A program made the position numbers and the translations under genes. Shown here piece by piece: positions 1 through 9,879 of a stretch of 64,000 nt of DNA. Each line of letters begins with the position of its first letter. The first letter of the stretch is position 1. A model generated the notes under the pieces. It had not been told where the DNA came from and searched no databases. It was given only the letters and a program-made list of their open reading frames with translations. This DNA comes from Deltaproteobacteria bacterium (lineage in GTDB: Bacteria; Desulfobacterota; DSM-4660; Desulfatiglandales; Desulfatiglandaceae): contig JAGGTJ010000025.1 of NCBI GenBank assembly GCA_021163815.1, positions 5,821-69,820 of the forward strand, written 5' to 3'.

Positions 1-380
1 CAGACAAAACCGTTGATCTTTTCTGTTCCAAGATATTTTTTTTCAGCAATGTCCTTGATATCATTCTGGTCTATCTGTGCTAGCATTTGTCCTTTCTGTG
101 TACCGGGCATTTCCATGTACATCCTGTTTTTTGGCATAATTGTCCATATCAAATTCTTGTCTCTACGAAAAATTATAATTGGATGTCCGCCACCTGGTGA
201 GATAATTTCTTCCCTGAAATTTTTTCCTTTTACAAATATCTTGCCCTTCACAGAATAGTTGGGTGTGGATTGTATCATGTCTGCTGAAAATTCTGCTGCA
301 CATACGAGGCCTCCTGTGCAGATAAAAAACATGGCAGCAATAAAAAAGGTGCAAAATAAAGACAATCTGTTTGTTTTCAC
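1..380 (-). CDS. periplasmic DUF4412/LolA-like protein, N-terminal part (C-terminus lies beyond the window start)
   Basis: Hand translation of the minus strand from GTG at 380, with AAGGAG 8 nt upstream. It gives a signal-peptide-like VKTNRLSLFCTFFIAAMFFICTGGLVCAAEF, then GKIFVKGKNFREEIISPGGGHPIIIFRRDKNLIWTIMPKNRMYMEMP. The frame is open to position 1 and absent from the ORF track because it is truncated. Confidence 0.5.
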   Translation of the reverse strand, partial: MKTNRLSLFCTFFIAAMFFICTGGLVCAAEFSADMIQSTPNYSVKGKIFVKGKNFREEIISPGGGHPIIIFRRDKNLIWTIMPKNRMYMEMPGTQKGQMLAQIDQNDIKDIAEKKYLGTEKINGFV

Positions 381-610
381 GGTAATTTCTCCTTTTGTTG
401 TTATTGTTGGCAGACAGGCACAGAAGTTGGGGCAAAAGAGGAGATTATGCCAAAGGTTTTGTGCCATCTTTATGTTTATGAACTGATTTATAGTTGCATA
501 AACAGTTGACTATAGTTGTGTCCTGTCTTTGTTAGTGCATTTGCTGTTAATTTATTTTATTATATTATATTTAGTATAACATCTTAACTTGACCATGTCT
601 TTATTAATTT

Positions 611-700
611 TACCGTAAAAATACACAAAATCATGCTGAAAGGCCAGTGTGTATTTTCATGTTCGTGGGTGGCTAGGATATCTTGAATCCGGCTACACCT
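611..700 (+). repeat. dispersed intergenic repeat family A, copy 1
   Basis: taccgtaaaaatacacaaaatcatgctgaaaggccagtgtgtattttcatgttcgtgggtggctaggatatcttgaatccggctacacct aligns by eye to the 42492-42586 copy. Confidence 0.85.
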
Positions 701-734
701 ATTTTTGAATAGGTATAACAAAAAGGAGTAGATT

Positions 735-1586
735 ATGGCAAATATACGTCCTGCTGTTTTTGCACGTATGGGTTGGTACCCTGATACAAAGGAGGAGTGC
801 ATAAAACTTATACGCCAGTGGAGTTCACTTAAGGTTGATGCCAAAACTGCTGATATTAGAGGTATGGGAGGTATAGTTCCTCATGCAGGCTGGTATTTTT
901 CGGGAGAGATTGCCTGTCAGGTATATACCTTTTTAAGCAAGGCACAGCCTGATATTGTAGTTGTTTTTGGCAAGCATTTGTCTGTTTCTTCTCCAAGGAG
1001 TATTATGGTTGACGGCCTTTGGGAGACGCCTTTGGGAGATATTCAGATCGAATCCGAAATCGCTTCGGCCCTTGTTGATGAATATGATTTCGTCGTTGAA
1101 ACCTGTTCACGTTTTGAAGAAGACAATACCATTGAGGTACAGCTCCCCTTTATAAAATATTTTTTCCCTGAGGCGCGGCTTTTGCCTATGGGCATGCCTC
1201 CTACTCCCGAGAGTCTGGATATCGCACGTCGTACAGGGGCCCTTTGCCTGTCTAAGGGGTTTAAAGCCATTGCCGTAGGTTCTACGGATCTTACGCATTA
1301 TGGTCCTAACTATGGTTTTATGCCGGCCGGTTTTGGTGAAAAGGCCCTGAAATGGGCATACCATAATGATGAGAGAGTAATTAAGCGTATGTGTGCTATG
1401 GATGCCTTTGGGGTAATAGAAGAGGCCCTGGCTCACCATAATGCATGTTGTCCCGGCGCGTGTGCATCTGCCATCACTATGGCTAAAAATATGGGGGCAA
1501 TCAGGGGGGAGGCCCTGGTATACGGTACAAGTTATGATAAATCCCCTGGCTCGAGTTTTGTGGGATATGTCGGGCTTGTTTTTTAG
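735..1586 (+). CDS. MEMO1-family protein (AmmeMemoRadiSam system protein B-like)
   Basis: 283 aa; RPAVFARMGWYP and GGIVPHAGWYFSGEIA match the MEMO/AmmeMemoRadiSam B N-terminal signatures; AAGGAG RBS before the ATG. Confidence 0.65.
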   Translation: MANIRPAVFARMGWYPDTKEECIKLIRQWSSLKVDAKTADIRGMGGIVPHAGWYFSGEIACQVYTFLSKAQPDIVVVFGKHLSVSSPRSIMVDGLWETPLGDIQIESEIASALVDEYDFVVETCSRFEEDNTIEVQLPFIKYFFPEARLLPMGMPPTPESLDIARRTGALCLSKGFKAIAVGSTDLTHYGPNYGFMPAGFGEKALKWAYHNDERVIKRMCAMDAFGVIEEALAHHNACCPGACASAITMAKNMGAIRGEALVYGTSYDKSPGSSFVGYVGLVF

Positions 1587-1678
1587 CAAACCGGTATGGC
1601 CGGTTTTAGCATATTCTGGCCACCTACGGAAAAATACAGACTGATTTTTCAGCACGGTGTTGTGTGTTTTCACGGTAA
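1587..1678 (-). repeat. family A repeat, copy 2 (inverted relative to copy 1)
   Basis: The reverse complement of caaaccggtatggccggttttagcatattctggccacctacggaaaaatacagactgatttttcagcacggtgttgtgtgttttcacggta matches the family A consensus. It starts right at the stop codon of the preceding CDS. Confidence 0.85.
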
Positions 1679-1740
1679 AATCTGAACATGATGACAGTAT
1701 TGGCAAAATAGCCAGTTATAGATGTCCAACAGGTGATGGT

Positions 1741-1772
1741 GGCATAAACCAGCTTCCTGCGACGCTATCAAC
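1741..1772 (-). repeat. short repeat family F (CTGATRGCGTCGTAAAAAGCTGGTTTATG-like), copy 1
   Basis: ggcataaaccagcttcctgcgacgctatcaac; related copies at 7065, 24647 and 27080; shares its terminus with family B. Confidence 0.6.
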
Positions 1773-1827
1773 AGGTTGTTTGGCGGACAAAAAGAGATAG
1801 AAATTGCTGGATAAAAACAGGTCTTAA

Positions 1828-4800
1828 ATGAAAAAAATAAAAAGATGGTTACATGTTGTTTTATTTGCAAACACCCTGTTTGTAACTGCGGTATCAGTAC
1901 TGTGTTTCATGCTTGCATCTGATGCTTACAGTGCGGAAAGATTAAGTATTGTTTTCGGTGCCTGTGTAACGGGTGTATCCATTTTCCTGTGGTTTGTCAT
2001 ACTCAAGCTTTGTTCTGCGTATGAGGCAGAAAAAAGACGTATAGAGGATAATCTGCGCAAAAATGAGAACAGGCTTTTTGCTACACTTAACAGCATAGGT
2101 GATGCCGTTATTGCTGTTGACAGGCAAGGCAGTGTAACACAGATAAACCCTGTTGCGGAAAAACTGACCGGCTGGCCAGAGGATGATGCCATTGGAAGGC
2201 CTGTCTCTGATGTGTTTTGTATAAAAGGGGCTGAAAAGGATGAGTTTGTCCAAGATCCCTCTAAGGAGATCCTTGAGACAGGTACCACTGCGGAGGCTGA
2301 TAATCATACGGTGCTGATATCCCGGGATGGCAGCGAATATCACATATCAGGAAACAGAACACCTGTTCTTGACCAAGAAGGGACGACTCTCGGGGCGGTT
2401 GTGGTCTTCAGGGATGTCACGGAACGGTATAAAAGAGATGAAATGATGAGGATTATGCAGTTTTCCATAGACAATGCCCCTGAAGAAATCCTGTGGCTGA
2501 ACTCTGACGGCAGTATCTGTTATATGAATGATGCTGGATGTCGGTCTCTTGGCTATAGCAGGGAAGAGATCCTGTCCATGACGGTATATGATATTAACCC
2601 GCAACTGAAAAAGAACATTTGGCAGGCCTTCTGGGAGAATGTAAAGAGACATAGGCATGTCCTTGCAGAGTCTGTTCGCAAAAGAAAAGATGGATCAGTA
2701 TACCCTGTTGGGATAGTAGCTGGCTACATAGAGTTTGATGACCGCGATATCTGCTGTGTGTTTGTAAGGGATATAACGGAGCAGAAAAGGGCCAGAGAGA
2801 TACTTGAAGATAATTACAATGAGCTGCAGCAGTATATAGACAATAATCTGACATTTACTGCACGTCTTACATCAAACGGTATCCTCACCATGATAAACAA
2901 CACAGCAGTGGAGGCTACCGGTTGCAGCAAGGACGAACTGATCGGAAGACCGTTTTCTGATACCTACTGGTGGAGACATGATGAAGATGTAAGAAACGAG
3001 CTGAAGAAATGGATTAAAAGGGCATCAAAAGGTGAAATCATAGCCACTGAGACGTCATTAAATACGATCCACGGGGTGAGATATGTGTTTTTCAGCCTTA
3101 ATCCTGTCATAGATAAATGCGGAAATATTGTCTATGTCATTGCCGAGGCACAGGATATAACAGATATCAAAAAGGCCCAGAATATCCTTAAAAAATCTTA
3201 TGAGCTTTTCAATTCCATATCGACCTTTGCAGGGATTTTGGATGTCAGCGGCAGGCTTGAATTTGTAAACAAAACAGCCGTACTGTCCCTCGGATATGAG
3301 GAGGAAGATATGATCGGCGTACAGTTTTGGAATAATGGATATATTGATCCTCTCAGCAGGGAAGATGTCAAAAAGGCCGTGTTTACTGCCCTGAAAGGGA
3401 AAGCAACGCGGATAGAGATCATATGTGTGACAAGGGAAGACAGGAAACTGCCGGTACTGTTCAATGCCCTGCCAATACTTGAGAATACAGGTGTGGTATC
3501 AGGGGTAATTGTTGAAGGTGTGGATATTTCCGAGCTCAGGGAAACGGAAAAGATGTATGAGATACTGTTAAATGCATCTCCTGACGGCATTATAATGGCA
3601 GATATGAGTACCTGTAAAAACCTGTATGGAAACCCGGCCATATGCCGTATGTTGGGATACACGGAAAAGGAGCTTAAGGAGAAAACCATATATGATTTTT
3701 ATCCCAAAGATGTAGTTGCACAAATAACATCATTGACAGGATCTGAAGCAGAAACAGGGACACATGTTATAGAGGATATCCCTGTTTTAAAGAAAGATGG
3801 CGACCTCGTTGATACAGAGATGAGTATAACCACTGTCAGAGCGGACGGAATGGAGATTATGGTAGGCTTTGTGCGGGATATAACCGAAAAAAAGAGGCTT
3901 GAAAAGCAGATGATGCAGATGCAGAAAATGGAGGCCATTGGTGCCATTGCTGGTGGAATTGCTCATGATTTTAACAATATTCTGTCTCCCATCCTGGGAT
4001 ATGGAGAGCTGATTAAACAGAGGGCCAATGATGAATATTATGTGACGAGGTATGCAGAACAGATTATTCAGTCTTCTTCCCGTGCCAGAGATCTTGTGCA
4101 GCAGATCCTTACCTTCAGCCGCCAGAACGATGAGGAAAAAAGGCCTGTGTTGATACAGCCCATATTGAAAGAGGTCTTAAAGCTTTTGATGTCATCTGTC
4201 CCATCTAACATTGAAATACGAAAGTATGTGGACCCTGATTGCGGTGCGGTTATGGCCAATTCCATTCATATGCATCAGGTTTTTATGAATCTTTGCATCA
4301 ATGCATTCCAGGCCATGCCGGATGGCGGCATATTGGAGGTAAGACTGACGGAAAAAGAAGTCGCCATTGATAACGATCCCCCTGAAAGGTATGTCAATAT
4401 CACTGTCAGGGATACGGGGTGCGGTATTGATCCTGTTATACGGGATAGGATTTTTGAGCCGTATTTTACGACAAAGGGTCCAGATAAGGGGACAGGAATG
4501 GGGCTTGCCATTGTCTATGGAATCGTTAAGGATGCCGGTGGATATATAGATGTGAAAAGTGAGCCAGGCAAGGGCACAACCTTTAATATTTATCTGCCCT
4601 TGATAGAGCAAAAAAATGCAGCGACAGAGGCTGTAACCGAAGAGGGCCTTAAGGGGGGCAATGAGTGTATTCTTGTGGTTGATGACGAGGAGATGATTGC
4701 GCTTATGTTACGCGAGATGTTGGAGGCTTTGGGTTACAGTGTTTCACACAGAACGAGCAGCGTGGAGGCATTAAACCTGTTTAAGGCGAAGTCTGATTCG

Positions 4801-5055
4801 TTTGACCTTGTTATTACAGATATGACCATGCCAAACCTGAATGGGCTGGAATTGATATCAAAAATAAAAAAAATCAGGCCTGACATACCTGTATTTATAT
4901 GTACTGGTTTCAGTGAACAGTTGACAGATGAAGAGGCAGAAGCCCTTGGGATTGCCATGACCGTTATGAAACCTGTCTCCTTAGAACATCTTGATTCGGC
5001 TGTCAGGGATGTATTGGAAAAGAGAAAAAATCGGCAGGTTAATATTGATATGTAA
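1828..5055 (+). CDS. multi-PAS hybrid sensor histidine kinase with C-terminal receiver domain
   Basis: 1075 aa; N-terminal TM segments, several PAS-like blocks, H-box [18 protein letters not shown], HATPase G-boxes ([15 protein letters not shown]), receiver [23 protein letters not shown]...[10 protein letters not shown]. Confidence 0.9.
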   Translation: MKKIKRWLHVVLFANTLFVTAVSVLCFMLASDAYSAERLSIVFGACVTGVSIFLWFVILKLCSAYEAEKRRIEDNLRKNENRLFATLNSIGDAVIAVDRQGSVTQINPVAEKLTGWPEDDAIGRPVSDVFCIKGAEKDEFVQDPSKEILETGTTAEADNHTVLISRDGSEYHISGNRTPVLDQEGTTLGAVVVFRDVTERYKRDEMMRIMQFSIDNAPEEILWLNSDGSICYMNDAGCRSLGYSREEILSMTVYDINPQLKKNIWQAFWENVKRHRHVLAESVRKRKDGSVYPVGIVAGYIEFDDRDICCVFVRDITEQKRAREILEDNYNELQQYIDNNLTFTARLTSNGILTMINNTAVEATGCSKDELIGRPFSDTYWWRHDEDVRNELKKWIKRASKGEIIATETSLNTIHGVRYVFFSLNPVIDKCGNIVYVIAEAQDITDIKKAQNILKKSYELFNSISTFAGILDVSGRLEFVNKTAVLSLGYEEEDMIGVQFWNNGYIDPLSREDVKKAVFTALKGKATRIEIICVTREDRKLPVLFNALPILENTGVVSGVIVEGVDISELRETEKMYEILLNASPDGIIMADMSTCKNLYGNPAICRMLGYTEKELKEKTIYDFYPKDVVAQITSLTGSEAETGTHVIEDIPVLKKDGDLVDTEMSITTVRADGMEIMVGFVRDITEKKRLEKQMMQMQKMEAIGAIAGGIAHDFNNILSPILGYGELIKQRANDEYYVTRYAEQIIQSSSRARDLVQQILTFSRQNDEEKRPVLIQPILKEVLKLLMSSVPSNIEIRKYVDPDCGAVMANSIHMHQVFMNLCINAFQAMPDGGILEVRLTEKEVAIDNDPPERYVNITVRDTGCGIDPVIRDRIFEPYFTTKGPDKGTGMGLAIVYGIVKDAGGYIDVKSEPGKGTTFNIYLPLIEQKNAATEAVTEEGLKGGNECILVVDDEEMIALMLREMLEALGYSVSHRTSSVEALNLFKAKSDSFDLVITDMTMPNLNGLELISKIKKIRPDIPVFICTGFSEQLTDEEAEALGIAMTVMKPVSLEHLDSAVRDVLEKRKNRQVNIDM

Positions 5056-5057
5056 TG

Positions 5058-5132
5058 TGGTAGGCACGGTGGGATTTGAACCCACGACCCCTACCGTGTC
5101 AGGGTAGTGCTCTCCCCCTGAGCTACGTGCCT
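5058..5132 (-). tRNA. tRNA-Val (anticodon GAC), CCA encoded
   Basis: Hand-folded cloverleaf: AGGCACG/CGTGCCT acceptor, GCTC/GAGC D stem, CTACC-CTGACAC-GGTAG anticodon arm, GTGGG-TTCAAAT-CCCAC T arm, discriminator A plus CCA; 75 nt. Confidence 0.93.
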
Positions 5133-5173
5133 GTGTAAATCCTCCTGCTTATTATCAATTCTTTTCATAATTG

Positions 5174-5731
5174 TCAAGCAGTATCGCCATTAGAAGGAAG
5201 ATCATTGCTGATTATCTTAAACCAGTTTATCATATAGCCAAGGCCTGAGGCAATGGTCAGGATACCGGTCATAAAAAAGGCTGCTGTTATAATGTCTGTT
5301 GTGAATACGCCAAAACATGTGTTTACAAGTACTATGCATATGGTTCCAAGTTGGGCGCAGGTGGTTATCTTACTCAATATTGATGGTTTCATGTTAAAGC
5401 TCACGCCGTTTAACAGGAGAATCAGTATCCCCAACATTATTGTTATGTCCCGGCTGATAACAGCCGCAGTGAGCCATGACGGGATGATTCCTTTAACTGC
5501 AAGGGTAAGAAAGGCGGTAATAAGCAGGATCTTGTCTGCAAGAGGATCCATGTATGCGCCGATTCTGCTTTTTTGACTGAAAACCCTGGCAATCATACCG
5601 TCTACGCCGTCGCTTACACCTGCAATAATAAAAACAATCAGCGCTGCAAATGTCCTGTTGTTTATCAGATAAACAAGGAATACGGGAGTAAGAATGATTC
5701 GGATCAGGGTTATAAGATTGGGGATAGTCAT
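5174..5731 (-). CDS. pgsA: CDP-alcohol phosphatidyltransferase (phosphatidylglycerophosphate synthase-like)
   Basis: 185 aa polytopic membrane protein with an exact DG-x2-AR-x8-G-x3-D-x3-D motif (DGMIARVFSQKSRIGAYMDPLAD). Confidence 0.75.
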   Translation of the reverse strand: MTIPNLITLIRIILTPVFLVYLINNRTFAALIVFIIAGVSDGVDGMIARVFSQKSRIGAYMDPLADKILLITAFLTLAVKGIIPSWLTAAVISRDITIMLGILILLLNGVSFNMKPSILSKITTCAQLGTICIVLVNTCFGVFTTDIITAAFFMTGILTIASGLGYMINWFKIISNDLPSNGDTA

Positions 5732-5894
5732 TTGGTTGTGACCTTTGTCTACATTTTTGAATATGATCTTTTTGCGCTGGTTTCAGCCTGTTTTATTCCA
5801 AGGATTATTCCTCTGTCTTTGGAGAATCCAATAAAGGTCACTGAAAAGGGAATATCTTTGTTTTGAAGGATTATTCTTAAGAAACTATCTCTGT

Positions 5895-7016
5895 TTACCT
5901 CCGATTCAACTGCAAAGGAGACGGAATGTTGCCCCAATCTGTCTGCCTGAGAGATTTTACTGGGGCTACCCTGTCTTTGAGAAATGATTTGAATGCCTTT
6001 AACTGAATAAAACTGTTTACACCTGTAAGTTCAATGTTAATCAGATAGACTGTTTTTTGTCCGGATCGTACATAGTGAAAAAGAACCGGTGCTATTTTTG
6101 ATGCCGTACGATCCAGGATCTGTTCCATGATTGAAGATAAACTGTCCGTATCACTGTTCCCGCTGATTGCCTCAGTCTGACGATCCTGATAGATTTCAAT
6201 ACCGTTTTTTACATCAATTGCCCTTAACGATATGGTTACCCTGTTTTTTTCAATGAGGGTATACCCTGCTATAACAATATCGGCAGGCAGGATCTTTGCC
6301 CATGAAACAAGATCCGTGTCCTGAAGATCAAAATATGTCAGATTTTTGTATCTGTTAATATCAAAAGGTACGGATGTTCTGTCTACAGGTATCATGTGCC
6401 TTTTTTGGAATGTCTTTGCAAGGAGAATCTCTGTCAGGGTTATGGGGGGATATCCCTCCGGGTCCTTCCACCAGTAAGATCTTTTTCCGTTTCTGGTTTC
6501 AGAGACCATGAACAACACCTTAATTACAGGCATATCTTCATGCAAAAGTCCTGCTGCTTCAAGATACTGTCTGATAATCTCTCTGTTAATTTTCAGCCGG
6601 ACCATTACCGTGTATGTCCCTCTGTTTTGTTCTTCTCCTATTATCTTGAAGCTGGTAATGCCTTTTTTTGCCTTTGGTATTATGTCTGAAACGAACCACT
6701 GTAAACTATCTGCCGGAATTGTCGGATGTATATTGTTCAACAGATAGTTTTCTATACCTTTGGTCTGTGCATTCGCAATTGCCCGTTTTTTCGCCGTGGC
6801 TATATCGTTATTTGTTATTCTGGACATTCCCATTGCTACTACTTCGTTTTTACTACTATGGTTGTCGGTACCCAGGGCAGAAGATCTTCTTACTGAACCG
6901 GATATACACAGACAGATCATGAGCAGTATAACCAAAATATGTAAATTCCGGTTATCTGTATGTCCTGTAATTGCATTATGCCACTGTATCTTCTGTACGT
7001 CTTTTCTCATTGTCAT
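5895..7016 (-). CDS. hypothetical secreted or lipoprotein-like protein
   Basis: 373-aa ORF with an N-terminal hydrophobic segment (LHILVILLMICLCISGS); no family recognised. Confidence 0.45.
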   Translation of the reverse strand: MTMRKDVQKIQWHNAITGHTDNRNLHILVILLMICLCISGSVRRSSALGTDNHSSKNEVVAMGMSRITNNDIATAKKRAIANAQTKGIENYLLNNIHPTIPADSLQWFVSDIIPKAKKGITSFKIIGEEQNRGTYTVMVRLKINREIIRQYLEAAGLLHEDMPVIKVLFMVSETRNGKRSYWWKDPEGYPPITLTEILLAKTFQKRHMIPVDRTSVPFDINRYKNLTYFDLQDTDLVSWAKILPADIVIAGYTLIEKNRVTISLRAIDVKNGIEIYQDRQTEAISGNSDTDSLSSIMEQILDRTASKIAPVLFHYVRSGQKTVYLINIELTGVNSFIQLKAFKSFLKDRVAPVKSLRQTDWGNIPSPLQLNRR

Positions 7017-7064
7017 ATAAAAACCTTATGCGTGATATCCCCTTTGTCCAATCTCTGTATCAGT

Positions 7065-7094
7065 CTTAATGGCGTTGTAAAAAGCTGGTTTATG
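7065..7094 (+). repeat. family F short repeat, copy 2
   Basis: cttaatggcgttgtaaaaagctggtttatg. Confidence 0.55.
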
Positions 7095-7269
7095 TTGCTT
7101 TGCCGCATCCTATGAAAAACGAACTCGATCAATACCCCAAGTCTTGACAAAATAGCCGGCGACGTATCAGGCAATAGGTGCCATGTTTTGAGATTGATGC
7201 TTCGTACCTGTTAAAAGGTTTGAGAATACGGCACTTCCTGTAAATTAAGTTCGTTGGAAGAATTTGCCA

Positions 7270-8571
7270 CTATTTCATCTTTTTGTTTGCGTAATTGATG
7301 AATCTGGTTCTGTTACGGAAATTATACGATAAATCAACATCTGCAAGTCCTTTTTTTATGAGATGAGCATTAAGAAAGGTCTTATTTTTTAGATACACAT
7401 AGGCCATCAAGTTATTGTTATTATCATACTTAATCTTATCAAATTTCATAAAAACACGTTGATTTTTGGTCTTTAATCTCAAAAATTCCATAGCCTCGCT
7501 GTTAACTGTGTTTTTTTGCTTAATACCTATCAGCCTAATTATTGAATTGTCATTCAATCTTAATAACTCAGGGCTTATAATTTCTTTAACAGAATAATAG
7601 TCTTCCCTTTGCACAGATTCACTGCTGTCTATTTTAGAACCGAACTGGAGTTTTTTGGGATCAATTTTTTTATCAAGAGCATGAAAGTCCCTAAAAATAT
7701 ATGGTAATTTTTTAATATCTTTTTCGAAATCAATGTTCAAATTGCCTTGTTCTACAAACTCATATTTTGCACCGAATAACGATTGCTGTTTTATCTGCAA
7801 CTTATTTTTAATAGTTGGAATAAATTCTGAATTTATTTCATAACCTACAGAATTCCTATCTAAGTTTTTGGCTGCCAAAGATGTAGTGCCGCTACCCAAA
7901 AATGGATCAAGTACTGTCTCTTCAACAAAAGAAAACATCTTAATCAATCTTTTTGGTAATTCTTCCGGAAACATTGCAATATGTCCATCTTGCCTTACAC
8001 CCCCAAAATTCCAATGTCCGGAAAAATATTTTTTCCATTCTTCTTTTGTCATTTTTGACAGCTCTTTGATTTTTTTATCCGGTTTTTTGGGCCTTCCCAG
8101 TTTTTTGAATAATAAAATAAACTCATAATCGATTGATAATATACCATTTCGGGGATATGGGAAGCTCCCCATTATACTTGCCCCGCCAGTAGTATTTGTT
8201 GTTGTTTTCTTTTGCCAAATAATAGCTCCCATATAGTCAAAACCAATACTCTCACAAAATTTTATTATTTCAGTTCGTATTGGTATTACCTTATAACGAC
8301 CATAATAAACCGAACGGGCAAATTGATCTCCTATATTGATGCACAATCGACATCCATTATCAAGTACACGGTAGCATTCTTTCCAAACGAGATTTAGATT
8401 GTTAATATAGCTCTCGTAGCTATCGTTAAATCCTATTTGTTCGTTTGTCCCATAATCCTTTAGTTGCCAATAGGGTGGAGATGTTATGACAAGATGAATA
8501 GAATTATCATTTAATTCCACCATATACCGGCTATCGCCTCGGATGATTCTATGATGGGTCTGAATACTCAT
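7270..8571 (-). CDS. orphan beta-class N4/N6 DNA methyltransferase fused to a degenerate SNase (thermonuclease)-like C-terminal domain
   Basis: 433 aa; motif IV LVITSPPYW precedes motif I VLDPFLGSGTTSLAA. The C-terminus IRLIGIKQKN...NNNLMAYVYLKNKTFLNAHLIKKGLADV resembles an SNase fold but lacks the IDxPE and Arg catalytic residues. GC is about 25-33%, against about 45% in the flanks. Confidence 0.8.
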   Translation of the reverse strand: MSIQTHHRIIRGDSRYMVELNDNSIHLVITSPPYWQLKDYGTNEQIGFNDSYESYINNLNLVWKECYRVLDNGCRLCINIGDQFARSVYYGRYKVIPIRTEIIKFCESIGFDYMGAIIWQKKTTTNTTGGASIMGSFPYPRNGILSIDYEFILLFKKLGRPKKPDKKIKELSKMTKEEWKKYFSGHWNFGGVRQDGHIAMFPEELPKRLIKMFSFVEETVLDPFLGSGTTSLAAKNLDRNSVGYEINSEFIPTIKNKLQIKQQSLFGAKYEFVEQGNLNIDFEKDIKKLPYIFRDFHALDKKIDPKKLQFGSKIDSSESVQREDYYSVKEIISPELLRLNDNSIIRLIGIKQKNTVNSEAMEFLRLKTKNQRVFMKFDKIKYDNNNNLMAYVYLKNKTFLNAHLIKKGLADVDLSYNFRNRTRFINYANKKMK

Positions 8572-8592
8572 AAAAGATTACCTCAATAGTTT

Positions 8593-8869
8593 TACCTAAA
8601 ATCTGCATAAACTATTTTCAAGAAGGAAATGATGTTTTTAATACCAACATATTAGAGGAATGTTGTGCTTGCGTGACACGCATCGATTTAAATGTGGCCA
8701 TAAAAGGTTGTGGTTTTTGGAAATAGTTTACCCCCCACAAGCGTCGATTTTATTGAATCTGTGGCATTGGCAAGGATTTGATCGTAGTACCTCCGCGTCC
8801 TTGCCGCCTTGCAGTTGCTGCCGCATGCAGGTCTTCGGTAAGCTTGATGTTTGCAGGGTTTAGGTTTCA
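8593..8869 (-). repeat. repeat family D, copy 2 (with about 100-nt internal extra segment)
   Basis: acctaaaatctgcataaactattttc ... tttaccccccacaagcgtcgattttattgaatctgtggcattggcaaggatttgatcgtagtacc...cttcggtaagcttgatgtttgcagggtttaggt matches the reverse complement of 47996-48164. Confidence 0.8.
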
Positions 8870-8923
8870 TTTCTCTCAGCGAACCCGTTATTATACATGG
8901 GGCTTTTTCACGGCTGAATCCTC

Positions 8924-9874
8924 TTATGCCGTTTTTTTCTCATCTGTTTCCATCAGAAAAGACCTGATCTTTTCTGCAAGCTTGTCGATATCGTCTGGTC
9001 CTGTCCATATCATCTTCTGATCTGCCCTGAACCATGTTATCTGCCGTTTGCCATATCTCCGTGTATCTCTTTTAAGGTATTGTATTGCCTCATCAAAAGA
9101 CCATATCCCTTTCAGATAATTGACCATATGTCTGTAGCCGAGGGATTTGATGGGCTTAAGGTCAGGTGAATACCCTTGCTTCAGCAGTTCTTCTGTTTCT
9201 TCAAGAAGCCCTGCTTTTACCATGTGATCGGCCCTTTTGTCTATATTGTGGTACAGTTTTTGTCTGTCTGTATATAGAAAAAAGCCGAGGATGTTATAAC
9301 GGGATTCTGTTTGGTCCTGTTTCATTGCCAGCATAGAAGGTGTATGCCCGGTCAAACAGATGATTTCCAAGGCCCTTACAATCCTCAAGGTATCATTGGG
9401 GTGGATTTTGGCTGCATATTCGTGATCCACACGTTCAAGTTCCCTGTACAGTTTTTCTGGTCCGTGCTTAATGCATTGATGGCGTAAAAATTCCCTTAAT
9501 TTATGGTCTGCAGGGGGGCAGGGGATAAGTCCGTAAACAAGACTTTTTATGTAAAGGCCAGTTCCTCCTACAACAAAACAGGTCTTTTTCCTTTTATGTA
9601 TATCTCTGATAATGGAAGAGGCCATGGCTGCATATATTGCTGCATTAAATTCCTGATCGGGATCTATCAGATCAAGCATATGATGACGGATCCCTTTCTG
9701 TTCCCCGGGCCCTGGTTTGGCCGTTCCTATATCCATCTTACGGTAAACCTGCATTGAATCTGCACTTACTATCTCACCGTTAAAACGCAGGGCAAGTTCA
9801 ATTCCTGTGGATGTCTTTCCGCTTGCCGTGGGGCCTGCTATGATAATTATCTTTGGTTTTAGCTGCTTATACAT
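8924..9874 (-). CDS. miaA: tRNA dimethylallyltransferase
   Basis: 316 aa; IIIIAGPTASGKTSTGIELA P-loop and SADSMQVYRKMDIGTAKP. Confidence 0.92.
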   Translation of the reverse strand: MYKQLKPKIIIIAGPTASGKTSTGIELALRFNGEIVSADSMQVYRKMDIGTAKPGPGEQKGIRHHMLDLIDPDQEFNAAIYAAMASSIIRDIHKRKKTCFVVGGTGLYIKSLVYGLIPCPPADHKLREFLRHQCIKHGPEKLYRELERVDHEYAAKIHPNDTLRIVRALEIICLTGHTPSMLAMKQDQTESRYNILGFFLYTDRQKLYHNIDKRADHMVKAGLLEETEELLKQGYSPDLKPIKSLGYRHMVNYLKGIWSFDEAIQYLKRDTRRYGKRQITWFRADQKMIWTGPDDIDKLAEKIRSFLMETDEKKTA

Positions 9875-9879
9875 AGATA

